Source of the DNA: a virus
Length of the DNA: 64,000 nucleotides
Reading direction: 5' to 3' (one strand)
Virus record (IMG/VR): IMGVR_UViG_3300035698_024626
Coordinates: 1 to 64,000 of that record
Part shown: piece by piece, positions 61,940 through 64,000 of the stretch
Position numbering within the stretch: the first letter of the stretch is position 1
How the letters are laid out: each line of letters opens with the position of its first letter
Notes under the pieces: generated by a model
Databases searched by the model: none
What the model saw: only the letters and a program-made list of their open reading frames with translations
Told to the model about the DNA's origin: nothing
Made by a program: the position numbers and the translations under genes

Positions 61940-62860
61940 ATGCTATCCCTGTACGACCAACGATTTGGGAAACTAGTAGCCATAGAACCACGTGGAAGCA
62001 ATAAAAATAAACAAATTCTATGGCTATGTTTGTGCGATTGTGGGAATGAAGTAATTGTAGAAGGTAGAGCCCTTAAAGCCGGGCAAACAAAGAGTTGCGG
62101 ATGTTTAGCCCTAGAACAAGCAAAAAAGATGGGACTCAACAATAAAACCCACGGCCATAGTAAAAATGGAAAAAAGTCTAAAGTTTATATGGCGTGGGAA
62201 GCAATGATTCAAAGATGCACCAACCATAAACACAAATATTATAATATCTACGGAGGTCGTGGAATCACTGTTTGCGATCGTTGGTTGAAATTTGAAAACT
62301 TTCTTGAAGATATGGGAGAGTGTCCACCGGGTCTTACATTAGAACGTAGGAATAATAATAAAGGATACTCTCCCTCGAATTGTTATTGGGCAACATGGAA
62401 ACAACAACAAAGAAACAGACGAAACAATAGACCAATAACACACAATGGGAAAACACAACTCTTGATAGAATGGGCAGAAGAAACAGGTATCGATAGAAAG
62501 ACTATTACTGCGAGACTTAAGAGGGGTTGGTCAACAGAAAGAGCCCTTAAAACTCCGGTCAGAAAATGTAAAAGGAGAAATCAGATGGATGAGCTAGCAA
62601 TGAAAACAATTGCGACGAATGTCGCCGAAGTATTCGAATCCCTGACTGACGTAAACGCAGAGGACTTCAAAGAGGTAAAACGATTATCGCAAAAAACCGT
62701 TGGTTTGCGCGAAACTGGAGCATTTAATGTTGGCGTAAGAATGCTGCGACGGAAGGACATCCGTGAACAACATGCCAAGCTGATGGCCGCGATCGCTGCG
62801 GAAAAGTGGGGCGAGGGGTTCCTGATGGCGCTGCAACTCATGGCAGCTTTTGGAGTGTAG
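61940..62860 (+). CDS. HNH-like endonuclease fused in frame to a downstream 91 aa protein
   Basis: WLCLCDCG, TKSCGC, YGGRGITVCDRW, TLERRNNNKGYSPSNCYWAT; internal AAGGAG plus ATG at 62585. Confidence 0.75.
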   Translation: MLSLYDQRFGKLVAIEPRGSNKNKQILWLCLCDCGNEVIVEGRALKAGQTKSCGCLALEQAKKMGLNNKTHGHSKNGKKSKVYMAWEAMIQRCTNHKHKYYNIYGGRGITVCDRWLKFENFLEDMGECPPGLTLERRNNNKGYSPSNCYWATWKQQQRNRRNNRPITHNGKTQLLIEWAEETGIDRKTITARLKRGWSTERALKTPVRKCKRRNQMDELAMKTIATNVAEVFESLTDVNAEDFKEVKRLSQKTVGLRETGAFNVGVRMLRRKDIREQHAKLMAAIAAEKWGEGFLMALQLMAAFGV

Positions 62861-62870
62861 AGGTGAAAAA

Positions 62871-63407
62871 ATGTTGAAGAAAACTGTTCCGATAACGATG
62901 GTCTGTGTATTATTGCTGAGTGGTTGTACCTCTATGCGGCTGGCTCAAGAATCTCTGGCGATTGGTCAAGACTCAAACTTAGAAATTCGCAATGCCTTTT
63001 TGGCTAAATCGTGGGGACTCAACAGGGCCTTGGTTACCGAATCGCGACGGGGATATGTGGCCGAAGCAAAGCTAGTCCTCCTGTCTATTGGTTCTAATGG
63101 GACAGTAGATATTCAAACGGCAATGCAAAGCCTAGACAATCTCGCCAATGAACTCGCTACAGATGAAATTACTACTTCGGAAAATTTCGCATATTTGGCC
63201 CTCCTTAGCATCATGGGTGAACGGGCCGATTCGTATCTCGATCAGACATACGGATTCATTGAAGCTCAAAAACCAATCTGGATGAGAAGTGCTTTACTAC
63301 GATCAGCGATTATGGAAACAACTACAGAAATCGAAATGTGGACGATGCTGCTGGGCGACGTACTGCCCAAGTTCAAAGGTCTTATCGACAAAATACCGAC
63401 AAGATAA
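62871..63407 (+). CDS. Putative lipoprotein
   Basis: GAGGTG RBS; MLKKTVPITMVCVLLLSGC lipobox. Confidence 0.7.
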   Translation: MLKKTVPITMVCVLLLSGCTSMRLAQESLAIGQDSNLEIRNAFLAKSWGLNRALVTESRRGYVAEAKLVLLSIGSNGTVDIQTAMQSLDNLANELATDEITTSENFAYLALLSIMGERADSYLDQTYGFIEAQKPIWMRSALLRSAIMETTTEIEMWTMLLGDVLPKFKGLIDKIPTR

Positions 63408-63704
63408 AAATACCAACAACAAAAAAGGAGACTTAGTATGGGCGTTGATCCACCTCAATATCCAACATCTCCCAAACCTGAACCTTATCCATTATTGGAC
63501 ACCAAGAAAAAACGACCTACCGCAACAGTCACAATCTTCGGAGCCGCTCACGTTCCGGCATTTCACTGGGAGGCGTTAGTATTTGGCATAAGATGTATCA
63601 ATGATACCACATATACGACTGTCAGGTCTGCTAAAAGAGCAGCAAAACAATGGTGTAATCGCGTCGGTCTATCTATTATATTGCCATACTGAACAGGAGA
63701 AGCC

Positions 63705-64000
63705 ATGATAACACACACAGAAGCATCGGCTAAATTCAAGAGATGCCGAAATGAAAAGCGGGGCTACAAACTAGCAAACAATACCTATCTTAAAAAACGT
63801 GGAAATGCTTTCGCTGTTCTACTCTACGAGACAAATATTGTAACGATTCGTCCCAACGGGACATACCGGCTAGATACAGATGGACATCGCACAGTCACAA
63901 CCCAAAAACGAATGAACATGATACTACCCTGTACTGTTTCACAAACGAAAGGCATTTGGCACATCGGAGACAATCTCTACACAGATAATATGCTTATTAA
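63705..64000 (+). CDS. Hypothetical phage protein (partial)
   Basis: AGGAG RBS; MITHTEASAKF...YRLDTDGHRTVTTQKRMN, open to the window end. Confidence 0.65.
   Translation, partial: MITHTEASAKFKRCRNEKRGYKLANNTYLKKRGNAFAVLLYETNIVTIRPNGTYRLDTDGHRTVTTQKRMNMILPCTVSQTKGIWHIGDNLYTDNMLI

Noticed and set aside
1-64000. Alternative genetic code
   Set aside because: Long conserved genes are intact in the standard code and all three stop codons end genes

Overview
64 kb of a large tailed dsDNA bacteriophage genome (Caudoviricetes); calls come from motif recognition by eye, with no database searches. Left arm, mostly minus strand: head and packaging module (terminase large subunit, portal, prohead protease/scaffold, decoration protein, HK97-type major capsid). 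It is preceded by a phage sigma factor, a candidate small terminase, a glycosyltransferase, GDP-mannose 4,6-dehydratase and an ERCC4 nuclease. Next come a nucleotide/protein-metabolism cluster (DNA MTase, ClpP, MazG, Nudix, Pol-beta nucleotidyltransferase), two TnpB nucleases each with only a stump of tnpA, and many HNH genes. At about 33 kb the coding strand switches. A 3.2 kb tract there holds about 37 exact, strongly polarised copies of TTATNGGAC and three near-consensus sigma70 promoter cassettes, followed by a ~1.3 kb GC-rich, G-U-paired candidate giant structured ncRNA. The right arm (+ strand) is a long run of small early/middle genes containing the best candidate for a new system: an apparently complete phage-encoded ubiquitin-like conjugation pathway (pro-Ubl, E2 fused to a 17x CxxC tail, JAB protease, E1) at 53.5-58.4 kb.
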